DNA of 64,000 bases from NCBI RefSeq assembly GCF_001194135.2, contig NC_068983.1, positions 167,090,795 through 167,154,794 on the forward strand, in the 5' to 3' direction. Below the pieces are notes generated by a model. It did not search any database. It saw nothing but the letters and a program-made list of their open reading frames with translations, and was not told the DNA's origin. The position numbers and the translations under genes are program-made. Of this stretch, positions 50,270-63,300 are shown piece by piece (the stretch's first letter is position 1; the number at the start of each line of letters is the position of its first letter). The stretch comes from Octopus bimaculoides. Lineage: Eukaryota.

Positions 50270-50745
50270 CTGCATCATCCATGGCTATCCTTCGAGATTG
50301 AATATGATGGTCTTTGCTTTGTTTTGTTATTATAGTTACTGATGGATTCTGAGGTGACTGATGAGTTCGATTCTTGCTTGGAAGTTCCTTCCACATGTGG
50401 GACAGGTGGTTCTGGATCGAAGGTTCCACTTTGATTGTATTCTCTATCTTTTCTGTGACTCCTCTTGTCTTTCTTCTTATCTGGCAGAAGTTGTTTGTCC
50501 CTCTTTGACGATGGATCTCCACCACTCTCAGCCCTGAGCGTTTCTCTTCCAGTTCTTAGTGTCAATATCATATTTCTTGAAGTTGACTTTCAGAACATCT
50601 TTGAATCTTTTCTTTTGCTCTCCTCTTCTTCATTTTCCTACTTTTGGTTGGGAACAGAGAAGCTGCTTGGGCAGACTGTCATTTTTCATCGGGACAACAT
50701 GACCATTTCAGTTGTTTCTGGACGATGATAGCTTCAATGGAACTC
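50270..50745 (-). mobile_element. RTE-BovB-like LINE 3' end with a C-terminal C2H2 zinc finger
   Basis: SIEAIIVQKQLKW..SLPKQLL..RRGEQKKRFKDVLKVNFKKYDIDTKNW, then CPTCGRNFQARIELISHLRIHQ* (Cys 50404, stop 50336-38) and a short GATGATG tail. Confidence 0.85.
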
Positions 50746-51181
50746 ATGTTTCACAACACAAGTGTTTGCCCTATTGTATATCTATCTTTCTAAATATATA
50801 ACCATAGCAATCATTGGTGTATAAAGGTATTTGGATGACAGTGTATAATTGGTGTGTGCCTTGTGTGATCACAGTGATGAGACTGGGACCCTTGTGGGCT
50901 TAGATTATAATAGGACCACATAAAATATGACCCTACTTCTCAGTTATTTCTTGTCCAAAGTTTTTAACAAATGAAATAAAGGATCTGTTTGGTTCACATT
51001 TTTTGAAATTTTAAAATTAAGTGAACATTTTCAAATTTGGTATATTCATTTCATTTTACACACTGAATCTGATGTTATTCCCTACTGGTACAGTTTTTGT
51101 CTTAACTTTTTATACAGGTATTGTTGTATTTCGGGACAGTCATTAAACAAATTGGGGGGGGGGGGGCAAATAAACACACGT

Positions 51182-51403
51182 ACTATATATATATTTGCTC
51201 TTCACTCGTTTATAACTGTTCTTATTCTAACTCATGTTCATTATCCTGAAATCTTTCGTCACACATCTGTGACCTCCTCAGTGGCACTTTCTGAAGACGG
51301 AAAGTGCCGCTGAGGAGGTCACAGATGTGTGACGAAAGATTTCCGGACAATGGACATGAGTTAAAATAAGAAGTAATAAACGAGTGAACAACGAATATAT
51401 AGT
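51182..51403. repeat. Long inverted repeat (fold-back) with an 8-nt loop
   Basis: 51201-51291 pairs with 51300-51388, with 6 substitutions and one 2-nt indel by hand alignment. The loop is 51292-51299. Weaker pairing extends to 51182/51403. Confidence 0.95.
51304..51348 (+). ncRNA. Minimal type I hammerhead motif in the right arm (mirror copy on the minus strand in the left arm)
   Basis: Stem I GT(G)CCG/CGGAC; core CTGAGGA (51310-16); extra G; stem II GTCACA-GATG-TGTGAC; GAA; stem III A-GATT-T; cleavage triplet UUC (51341-43). Confidence 0.72.
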
Positions 51404-52019
51404 GACATATACTTTTATGTAACCTATCCTACACACTACACCATTACTAACTCACTATGACACAATCCAGTGATTCTCAACCGTTTTTGCTTCTGGCCTC
51501 CACCCCCATCATATATAAATTACCTCTTTGCCCTTTTTCTTCATTGATGCTATTTATAAAAAAGATCCAAAACAAAAATCAAACTATTTTCAGTATTTGC
51601 CATGTCTATTAATCGCAGCTGTATCATGTAAAAACTAATTGTTTGTCATAGCTAACAAAAAAACATCTATTTGTACGGAGGTAATTTAATTGCGTCTTCG
51701 CAGACAACATTCTAACATTGTATAACAAAGTTATAAAGAAACCTAAGGGTTGCTACAAATTATTTTAATATGTACTCTACCAAAATGATATATATATATA
51801 TACATTCTTAGAAACGAAATACGTAGTAACCAAAAAAAATTAATCTTAAGCTTTTAAACTCTCTTTATTCAAAATTAACCACGTTGGATTATAGAAACTT
51901 TTGCAATGCTTGGACGTCGCTGTTGTTGACAGACGAAGATGACATACCGTGCTGTGGTGTGAAGAAAGATGCTTATTAAAGGCGGTGATGGTCTGATAGT
52001 GAAAATAAGGATAGTAAAG

Positions 52020-52220
52020 GTGGTGGTAGTGTCAGTAGATATATTGAAGAAGGTGCTGGTGTGAGTAGAGATATTGAAGGAGATGGCGATGGTGGTGTAA
52101 ATAGATATAGTGAACGAGGTGGTGGTAAGAGTTAGGATCTCGAAGGAAGTGGCAATGGTGGTGTCAGTTGTAGATATGTTGAAGGTGGTGGTGTCAGTAG
52201 ATATGTTGAAGGTGGTGGTT
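52020..52220 (+). repeat. Degenerate 27-36 bp minisatellite (GGTGGTGGTGTCAGTAGATATGTTGAA-like)
   Basis: About six or seven units, whose lengths appear to differ by multiples of 3. Confidence 0.8.
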
Positions 52221-52744
52221 GGACAGCAAACAGAATTTAAAATTTTTTCTTTCACCCCCCCTTCTCCGTTCACGCATGCGCTTCAGCACCCTACATTGTC
52301 GTCTGCTCCATTGAAACTTCCAAAACATGGTCAACAACAAGAGACGATGGAAGCAAACAAGAGAAAGAATGAGAAAGTTTAGGGTAAGGTGTTTTTAGAA
52401 TTTTATTTAAATAACCGTATTAAGGTCTGTTAAAACTTTAGTAACGTATTCTTGCAGAATAATATTATAGATAATGTAATATCCTATGTAAATGATATAA
52501 TGGCATCTATACATGTTTGTCCATCTTTCCACATGCGTTGAGTGATATACATTTTTATTGCCGTTCTTTGTTCCATGGAATTATTTCTACACTGATTAAG
52601 AGGTTGGGTTTTAAGAACTTGGATTAGTCTGCGCCCTAACCCAGTGTTCGTTTATCATACATTTATAACAGTATCATCTCACCCACTGGACGGACGGACA
52701 CACACACATAAGATTAGACCTGGAGGTAATGCGACTGGGCTTTG

Positions 52745-53830
52745 TTTCTGGAAGAAACTGGTATTCCTGGCTTTCATTGATTTGGAGAAAGCATTTGATT
52801 AGGTACGATGCTCACTGACGAAACTAGGAGCAGATGAATAGCTTGGGAAAATGGTACAAGCGAAGTACAAGGATGCAGTAAGTAAAGTGAGGGTTGGCAA
52901 TGATTTCAGTGATGAATTTAGTGTAAAGGTCAAAGTTCAGTCCTCAATCTTCTCCCATTTATCACAGAGGAGTTAAAACTGGCTGTCCATAGGAACTGAT
53001 GATCTAGTTTTTGTAGCTAAATCTTTAGAGGAATTAGAGAAGAAATTCCAGGCATGGAAGCTGAACCTAGAATTGAGAGGCCTTGAGGTAAACCTAGCAA
53101 AGACAAAAAATTTAATAAGTAGGAAAGAAGACAGGGCCAAGATACCCTCGGGAAAATGAGCTTGCTTGATATGTAAAGGAGTAGGCATAAACTCCATACA
53201 CTGTACTCGATGTAAGCTACGGACACACAAGGGATGGAGTGGAACCACAAGCAGACTACCTGAGATTGTAAGCTTCTTATGTGGCAGATGCACTGGGGCA
53301 GTGTGTAGGAGGAGCACACTGGAAATAGTTTCTCTTAAATGCTGAGATGGCTCATGAGAAGAAGTTGATAGCTTTTGTTATCTATGAGATGTAATTAGCA
53401 AGGGAGGCTGACTGCTTTGAAAGTATAATAACTAGAGTAAGAAGAGGTTGGAGAAAAGGTTCAGGGAGCTATTACTCCTGCTATCTTTTCCCTTAGAATG
53501 AAAGCTAGACAGTATGATGCTTGTGTTAGAGCTATAGTGTTGCATGGTAGTGAGACAGGGGCCTTGAATGCAGAGAACTTGAGAAGACTGGAAAGAAATG
53601 AAGTAAGCATGCTCCATTGGATGTGCAAAAGCACTGGTATGGGCTTTGGATGTATATGGATGAGAACATCTGTATGTAGAAGTGCTAGTTGCTTAATAAG
53701 GTTGGAACTTGTGAAAGAAGGATACCCAAGAAGACATGGGATGAAGTGATGAAGGCTGACTTCAAGATCCTAAGCCTCATGGAGGAGATGGCAAAGGACA
53801 GGAATGTTTGGCAATATGAGGTTTTCAAAA
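52745..53830 (+). mobile_element. RTE LINE RT remnant with a Cys-rich insert
   Basis: AFIDLEKAFD, LKVNLAKTK-like, CLICK.GVGINSIHCTRCKLRTHK, VLHGSETGAL, PRRHGMK. Confidence 0.85.
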
Positions 53831-54594
53831 AGACCTGTCCTTCTCAGTGAAACTGTGTTCAGGAAATGCTATTTATATTGAGCTCTCCACTCACATGTTA
53901 CAGTGATTCACCCTTCCACTCCTACGAAACCAAATTACCTCCCATTATGCTTGCCTTACATCACCCTGGCTCCTGAAGACTACCTGCAACTTGCCCTCCC
54001 CACCCTATTCTCATCTGCATCCCTCTGTCTTCACTAACTCTTGGCTCATTGATCATTCATCCTTCAACCCTACTCAGTTTTTACAGATGCATTCTGCCAC
54101 CCCATTCCTATCATCACCTACTACCCCACACAATATTGCAAACCATCTACCCACCTACTTCTACTTACCTTGTGCCATGAGTGCCACCTGGGCACCTCAT
54201 CTCCACAGTCTATATCTTTGCTGTTTCTACTGATCATTTCAGTTTCTCCTCTCCTACTAAATGTGAGTAGCCATTCAGATCCTCTACAAGAACCTACTCT
54301 GGTCTCACCCTCTCTAGTATTTTATTCTCTCGTGTCCTAGCATGAACCTGATTCCCCCCTCCCCTGCAATTCGTAGTCCTGCAAACTGCATGGCGACCTC
54401 AATAGTGCTGGTAGCACATTGTAAAGTGGCTGATGTTAGGAAGAGCATCCAGTCGTAGAAATTATACCAAAGCAGACACTGGAGCACAATGCCATCTTTG
54501 GACCCATCGGATTCTGTCAAACCATCTAACCCATGCCAGCATGAAACATGGCTATTAAATGATAATGATCATCATCATGATAAGGATAAAGATG

Positions 54595-55685
<1,091 letters not shown>

Positions 55686-55719
55686 CACATACACATGCAG
55701 AGACATTGGAATGAAATTT

Positions 55720-57010
55720 GTTGAGTCCAAATGTGCATTTTTGGTAGTAAAACAGGAAATTTATTTCCTCTTCCAATACATTAAACATGAGTAACCTAGA
55801 AATATAGACTTTTCTCTCTTGGAAAAGCTACAAGTATCTTTGGTCAGGATGAAATAAAGAGAAGATAAGGTATGAGTTCCTTAAAAGAGTTTTAAAAATG
55901 TGGTTATCTGAACTCTCAGCTTACAACAAGCATATCACCGACAACACTTTTGTAATGTTCTTATACCCATATCTGGCCTTCTAAACTGGTCAATGAGATA
56001 GATGTACAAACCCACAGGCAGCTCTGTGTGACTGGAAACTTCAACATCAGTGGAAATGTAGACAGGCTATACTTACCACACAAGGATGGTAGCTGCAGCC
56101 TTAAATCTGTATTGATGTCATATGAAGCACAGATTGTGACACTGAAGTAGCATCTTCCGCAGAGGAAAGAGGACAGTAACTATGTCACCCAAGTTTGCAA
56201 CCACAAAATCAGCAACATGAAACTGAAGAGCGACATGAAATAAGAGCTGATACAGATTTTTCTCCAAAGAGAATTGGTAAATTCTATTTATCAAAGAACA
56301 AAATTAAAAAAATGGTTTAGATCACTGAGATGGTAGTAGATAGGTACTTGGTACAAAAGACAAAAACCATCAAAGGAATAGATCATATCAAAAGCCAGGC
56401 ACAGAGTACTGACAAGTTTGTGACATCCCACTTTCAATGCAATTCAAGAACAAGTGATCCTTACCAACACCTTGCAGCATCTATCAGTAGAAAACACTGA
56501 TAGACAAAAAGTAAGATGGAAGACATCCGCCTCATTATTGCCAACTTCAAGAGAATGTCTTCCAGCTATTATCTTCCCATAAGCCATGAAGCAATGGCCA
56601 TAAGAATCTGGAGCGGGATAAGAAAAAAGAAGTCACCAATAGATGAAGTTGGCTACATTAAGACAAATGAGTCAAAAGAATACTAGTGTACCTTAAAAAT
56701 TAAAACAGTCACTAAGTTAAAACACAACCAGTCAAATAGATGTTCTGTTGTGGAAATCAGCTGCACATCAGTATGGTTAAAAAAATACAAGAGGATATCT
56801 ATGGACCATTGATAAGGAGTTTGCAAATCCAGTACCCAAGATACACTTTCAGCTTCATACCTATTATTATTGGAGCATCAGGACACATACCAACCAGTCT
56901 GGAGCAGAGTATGGCTGAACTTGGGTTCTTGGGAAGAGAATGTAAATCCTTAATTCATATGCTACACTGATCATGATATCTGGGACAAAAAGAAATCTAT
57001 AAGACCTTAT
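55720..57010 (+). mobile_element. Heavily degraded R4/Dong-like element (RT C-terminus to REL end)
   Basis: KCAFLVVK, SYKYL, EFLKRVLKMWLSELSAYNK, VDRLYLPHKDG and FIPIIIGASGHIP. Confidence 0.7.
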
Positions 57011-57109
57011 GATTTAAAGGACAATGAGCAAAAACAAAATGTTTTCCTTCACAGTCAGGTGGCCAATCAGAATTAACTTGCAATTAAACATAGAAAAAGA
57101 ACAGCTTCA

Positions 57110-57885
57110 ACTGTGGAGTGCAAGAGAAGCGACTGCACTGGTATGGTCATGTGTTACGAATGAATGAAGACAGCTGTGTGAGGAAGTGCCACTCCCTAAC
57201 TGTAGAAAGAACCTGTGGAAGAGGTAGACCCAGGGAAACATGGGACGGGGTGGTGAAGCATGATCCTCAAACATTGGGCCTCACAGAGGCAATGACAGGA
57301 GATCGGGACCTTTGAAGATATGCTGTGATTGAGAATTTCCGGTAACTAAAGTGAGATCGCAGCCACGCATGTCTGGCCCTGTTAAGAATACCCCTGATGC
57401 GTCGGGCGATATGATATGCTTGAGAAAACCTGTTGAGTCAAGTAACACCAATATCGTAGCTGTGGCCAGTTCCCCCTGACTGGCTCCCGTGCCGGTGGCA
57501 CGTAAAAAGCACCATCCGAATGTGGTCGATGCCAGGTCTGCTTGACAGGCTCCCGTGCTGGTGGCACATAAAAAGCACCAATTGAATGTTGCCGATGCCA
57601 GTACTCCCAGACTGGGTTCCGTGCTGGTGGCACACAAAAAAAGCACCATCCAAACGTGGTTGATGTCAGGTCCGCCTGACTGGCTCTTGTGCCGGTGGCA
57701 CATAAAAAGCACCCACTACACTCTTAGAGTGGTTGGTGTTAGGAAGAGCATCCAGCTGTAGAAACATTGCCAGATCAGATTGGAGCCTGGTGCAGCTTCT
57801 GGCTCTCCAGACCTCAGTCAAACCATCCAAAACATGCCAGCATGGAAAATGTACGTTAAACGAGGATGATGATGATGATGATATA
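57110..57885 (+). mobile_element. RTE LINE 3' end with a tandem-repeat 3' UTR and (GAT)n tail
   Basis: RLHWYGHVLRMNEDSCVRKC..GRGRPRETWD; about 3.5 units of ~67 bp at 57475-57715; tail at ~57865-57885. Confidence 0.9.
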
Positions 57886-58282
57886 CATTTTGTGCAGTGT
57901 TTTTCTATGGGATGAAGCAGCTAATGCAGACACTGCCTTGGGGCAACACATTTTAGTTATGCCATTGTAAAGCCTCAATAACTGGAGGAGAGTACACTCA
58001 GTAAAATTTGTAGTAGTTTTTTTTCTTGGTATTCGCTTACCACTCAGCTCTCATAAAAAATTAAAAAATACAAGAATTCAGTTTTGTGTTAGCTCTGAAA
58101 GTCAGTGTGTTGATGGATACACACTCTTTGTCATTTGAATGTTATTTCTGAGTATTTAACTTGTTTTGAAATGAGGATAAGTTTACTCATGAGCTACAGA
58201 ATTCGACATACTTCAGGCTAGAATAAGTTATTCTACCAAGATAGTATACATATATAAATGTATATTTGTGTGTGTGTGTATT

Positions 58283-58335
<53 letters not shown>

Positions 58336-59134
58336 GATATAGTGATGGGTTTTTTTGAATACAAGAGCACTAAATATGATACACCCAATTTAAACATTTA
58401 AGATTTACAACGATCATTATTTATAACAGATGCGTGTTAAATATAAAATAGATAAGTACATCATCAACCAGCTTACCCAACAAAAACATCATACACCAAC
58501 TTTGTGATGAGTTTTATTCTTGTTTTGTTCTTTTCATAAACTATTTATCTTTAAAACACTTCTGTGGAAACCACTCATTAATAACAAACCTAATACAACT
58601 TTAAAGATGATGCTAGCAACAAATGTAATATATCGTTCTTAATGTATAAGTAACAGTTGTAAAACTTCAGGTTTCAAACTATTACACAAACTACACAAAC
58701 ATCAAAACATTGCCTTTAAACAATGCATCTCAAATATTTTAACTATCACTCCCCTTTCTTACAGGTTAACATGCAGTTTAGGGGTTAAAAAAATGAAAGT
58801 GTATTGGCCGGAACTGATGACAGTGACATTCCATCATTTCATGTAATCAATCAATACTGAATTGACAAGAACACAATCACTACTTCCCCAACAGTTATTT
58901 CTGTACAGTTCAATAGTCTTGCAGAATTATTACATTGCTCACGTGTAACTGTGGTGGCTATCATGCTTTGGACATGGAAGCCACTAAATTGTTTTCTCAG
59001 TGTACCTCATCTGCTATTTCTGAAATATGATGACAAGGTACTATACGTGTAGGTGTTTGTGAACACTGATAATGAGGAAGGTCTGTTAATTCAATTAAAG
59101 GATTTCCCCAGTTCTCTTCATGAAACAATGGGAT

Positions 59135-59470
59135 CATCATCATCATCATCTAATGTCCGTTTTCCATGCTGGAATGGGTTGGATGGTTTGACTGAGGGCT
59201 GGCAAGCCAGAAAGCTGCATCAGGCTCCAGTCTGATTTGGCAGTGTTTCTACAGCTGGATGTCCTTTCTAATGTCAACCACTTTGAGAGTGTAGTGGGTG
59301 CTTTTTACATGCCACCAGTACAGCAGCCAGTCAGGCGGGCCTGGCAGTGATCACGTTCGGATAGTGCTTTTCATGAACCACTGGCATGGAAGCCAGTTGG
59401 TGGGTACTGGCATCAGCCACGTTCAGATGGTGCTTTTTATGTGCCACCGGCATGAGAGCCAGTCAGACGG
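59135..59470 (-). mobile_element. RTE 3' UTR fragment with about three repeat units
   Basis: Reverse complement of 57560-57885. Confidence 0.85.
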
Positions 59471-60006
59471 CAAAAAAACTTATTTCCAACAGGTTAATCA
59501 CCATTAAAAGACTACCTGTACATAAGTCATTCCATCAATATATTATACTAGTGGGACCCATGAATATTTCATGGAATTAATGGTAAACTTATTGGGTTAT
59601 TTCTGAAAACTTCATCCTAAAAACATGAAAGCATAACTTGTCTTTGTGTCTGTATCAAAAGATAGTTGCTCATCGGCTAATCATTGAAAAGTGAAGGAAA
59701 TTGGAATACGATGATTACCCAATGCACTTTATATTACATTATGCACAATTTTACAGCACTCACCCTCTTTCTCTCTCACTCTTCACCTTACCCTCTTTTT
59801 CTCTCTCCTTTTTCTTTTGCTCTTTGCCTAACCCCTCAACTAATCACATAAAAACGTTACAGATGGGCTAAGTAATGGAGGAAAAAAACTTAGATAAAAA
59901 AAATTACACATTTCACTCACCACCACCTCTCCCTTCATTCCTTTCCTCCTTCAACTAATTACACGAAAGCATTATGGACCGGCTAAGTAACAGAGGAACA
60001 AGCAGA

Positions 60007-60690
60007 ATTAGGAGCTAATGCAGTTTCGCACCTCTCCTTGAAAAATGCATTTTTCAAGGACAGGTGCGAAACTTTATTAGCCCCCAGAATTATTATAAGA
60101 TGGAATTTCAAAACAACCAATAAAACTGATTTCAAATTTTGGCACAAGGCCAACAATTTTATTTTNNNNNNNNNNNNNNNNNNNNNNNNNNNNNNNNNNN
60201 NNNNNNNNNNNNNNNNNNNNNNNNNNNNNNNNNNNNNNNNNNNNNNNNNNNNNNNNNNNNNNNNNNNNNNNNNNNNNNNNNNNNNNNNNNNNNNNNNNNN
60301 NNNNNNNNNNNNTATTCTTAAAATATATTTGTCAACTAAATGTGGCGGTCCTATAGAAGACGGTGTTACTGTTGTTTTTAGCCCCAGGAAGGCATTCATT
60401 TATATCTTTATACACATATCTATATGCTTATTGAATTTAAAAGTTTCAAAACATGGTTTCTTGCATATCCAGAATCTCTGTCATCTAAAACACAGGGAGA
60501 AAAAATTTCGAAAAAGTTCAAAATTTTAAACAGGAGTGGGTAGTTGTAGTGGCTGGGGATGAGGGGGTTAATTTTTTTTTTTTTTTTTTGCATGTTCGTA
60601 ATCTCCAACATCTAAAACGTAGGAATCTGAAAAAAGACTTTGCAAAAAAATGCATTTTTCAAGGACAGGTGCGAAACTTTATTAGCCCCC
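60007..60690. mobile_element. Putative non-autonomous TIR element (~45-bp TIRs), superfamily unknown, spanning a gap
   Basis: The left end GGAGCTAATGCAGTTTCGCACCTCTCCTTGAAAAATGCA is an imperfect inverted copy of the right end TGCATTTTTCAAGGACAGGTGCGAAACTTTATTAGCCCCC. No TSD was recognised. Confidence 0.45.
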
Positions 60691-63300
60691 AGAATTATTA
60701 TAAGATGGAATTTCAAAACAACCAATAAAACTGATTTCAAATTTTGGCACAAGGCCAACAATTTTATTTTATTGGTCCCCAAAAGGGGGAAAAGTAAAGC
60801 TGATCTTGGTGGAATTTGAACTCAGAACATAAAGATGGACAAAATGCTGTGAAGCGTCTTGCCTGGCATGCAAACCATTCTGCCAGTTTGCTGCCTAATT
60901 ACAGCTAATAATATTACCAGATAATTCACAAAGAGAATGAAATTTGATATTACTTTTGAAAATTAAGACAATTGTTTATTTATTGATGATACTCATTCTG
61001 ACTCTTTTTGCATTCTGTGTTCAAATCATACTGTGGTTAACTTTGCCTTTCATCCTTCCTGAGCCAATGAATTATAAAATAGCTGCCAAGTACTGATGTT
61101 GATGATATCAACTAAACCCTTCTCTTTACAATTGCCAGCCTTATACTGAAATCAGAAAACTATTATTGCTGTTGTTATGATTGTGCCTAGCAAGCAGCTT
61201 ATAGTACTACATTACTAGAGTGTTACTTGTCATATGACAGGTAACTTTGGAAGTCTACTTTTGCCACCATAGTTAGTATCAGAAAATATGGGATACATAC
61301 AATAATTATAATTTAACTTTAATCAAATTCTTGGTGTTTATTATATGAAATAATGAAATGGATACTAATTTTTGAAAGAAGAATATTCATTACATTAATA
61401 TAAAATAAAACAAATTTCTCATTTGTATTTTTACAACAAATTATTATTTTCCTGAATTTTATCAACATAATCGCAATCCATAGCATAAAAAAAAAATCTA
61501 CAAAATACAAAATTCATATAAAAGTTTTTTGATAAAGTTATATGACTCATTCTTCACCTTTTATGTTAATTCTCTCCGTGTTTCCCTTTTACTTTCTCTT
61601 TCTCCTTCTTTCTCTACAATGTAAAGTAAGACTGGAGAAATCAATCAACCAACCAATATATATATATATATATATATTGGCTATCATTATTTTAAAGTTA
61701 ACATTTAATTGGAAGTGATAAAAACTGCAAAATGCAACATCAATTGCCCCTACAACTACTTTGTCCCTAGTCCCATATAAAATTTTCTACAAAATACTTT
61801 AGGGTGCAGAACTGCTCACTTTAAGAAGTACTGCCATAGAATAATAACCAGACATCTATGGATATAGAATAGGAAAGACAGAGATTATGTTCATTTGCAA
61901 CCCTGAAAGAATGTAATTCTGCAAGGCAGATCAAGAACTGCTTTTTGGTTCCTGGGGTACAGGGGTGGTTCCTTTCAAAATGCAAAGAGAGTTGAAGGGT
62001 TTATTTTTGGAAGGGTCATGTCAGGTATACATGGACTCCTTAGCTTTCTGAGAAGAGAAAGGGTCCATGTACTAAATGACTCCCACTACCTCCCCAACTT
62101 ATAGACCCTACTGTAGCAGTTTGTGGAAGTTTAAAATAGCATAATAGGAGAACATTGGTAATTAGTTCTATTTTGGATAATACTTCTATCTATCTTTCTG
62201 GGTTTTTCCTTAAAGTTTTTGACATGTTTTGGCAGGGTACAAGTTGTATATATAATTACACAGAATTGCTTTATATGTACAACAAAATGTTAAAAATAGA
62301 GTTTGAGTGTGACAAGCAACATTAAAGATTTTACACTTTCATTGATGTATGTGGCAACTCGACTGGATTCTTTCCTTTTTTTTCATAATTACAGATGACT
62401 TAATACAAGCGCTTTCCAAACAGTATAGAAGAAAATGGAAACATGTGGTGGTGATGGTGGTGGTAGTAGTAGTAGTTCAGTTTGGCTGCCACTTTTGAAT
62501 TTCTTCAATTTTTGTTCCAATTTATTTCATATTTGATGTGTTGATATAGTTTTGTTTGGTAATCATTGACAGGAAATTCATTTTCGCCATAAATCAATAA
62601 AGAGTTTATAACTTTTAAAGTTTGCAAATCAAGGGTAATTTTAGCCAACTGAAAGCCATCAACGTATAGGTGCCTGTTTCCATAGTAACAAGCCAACCTG
62701 TTACCAAGCTGCTTATCCACGTGGTAATTTTTCGCTTATTAAATGTTTAAAACACAAGAGGTGTGAGGTAGTCGTGAGATGTGCTAAATATGCTTGCTAA
62801 ATAGGCCTTAAATCGTGCACCAAATTTTTTTAAATGGTTTTTGCATAATTGTATGAATTCCCTAGAATCCAAATTCGCAAACATTTTCTGAAAATGCCAA
62901 AAAGTAAAAAAAAAAAGGTACGAGGGGTTATATGACGTGCATAAAGCAGAATTCCGCCAAGTTTCATTTGTTTAGAGTTGACAACATGTGCAGTTATGCA
63001 CAAAATAGCAGCTTTCAGATCCCGTTTTCCGATTGGCTAAAAATGACCAAACTTTAAACCTCTGTAACTTTAAAAAAAAAAATATTTTCTGGGAAAACTG
63101 AATTAGCCCCCAAGATTCAGCATGGAGAATTACATCAATATACTAAGTTTAAAATATTCACTAAACTTTAAAATTTCCACACGTGCAATTAAACAGAACA
63201 GATAGTAGTAGTAATAGTGCTGTTTATAATCACGAGATTGTTGTACCTATATTGTCTGTTACTTCTGAAACGTGAAGATAAAAAGATCTCTAACGATAGG

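Noticed and set aside
57475-57715. Repeat array superficially like CRISPR
   Set aside because: The units are contiguous and similar over their whole length, with no unique spacers and no cas genes. The array lies in a eukaryotic LINE 3' UTR.
58860-59130. ~90-codon plus frame with one stop, and a 37-nt AG..GT segment
   Set aside because: No recognisable family and weak splice support.
62395-62500. Strong plus-strand acceptor followed by DLIQALSKQYRRKWKH
   Set aside because: There is no convincing donor, and the frame runs into a GGT/AGT microsatellite and a stop.
62718-63186. Possible CAC..GTG-terminated TIR element (Transib-like ends)
   Set aside because: The inverted match is only ~14 bp with an indel, and there is no target-site duplication.
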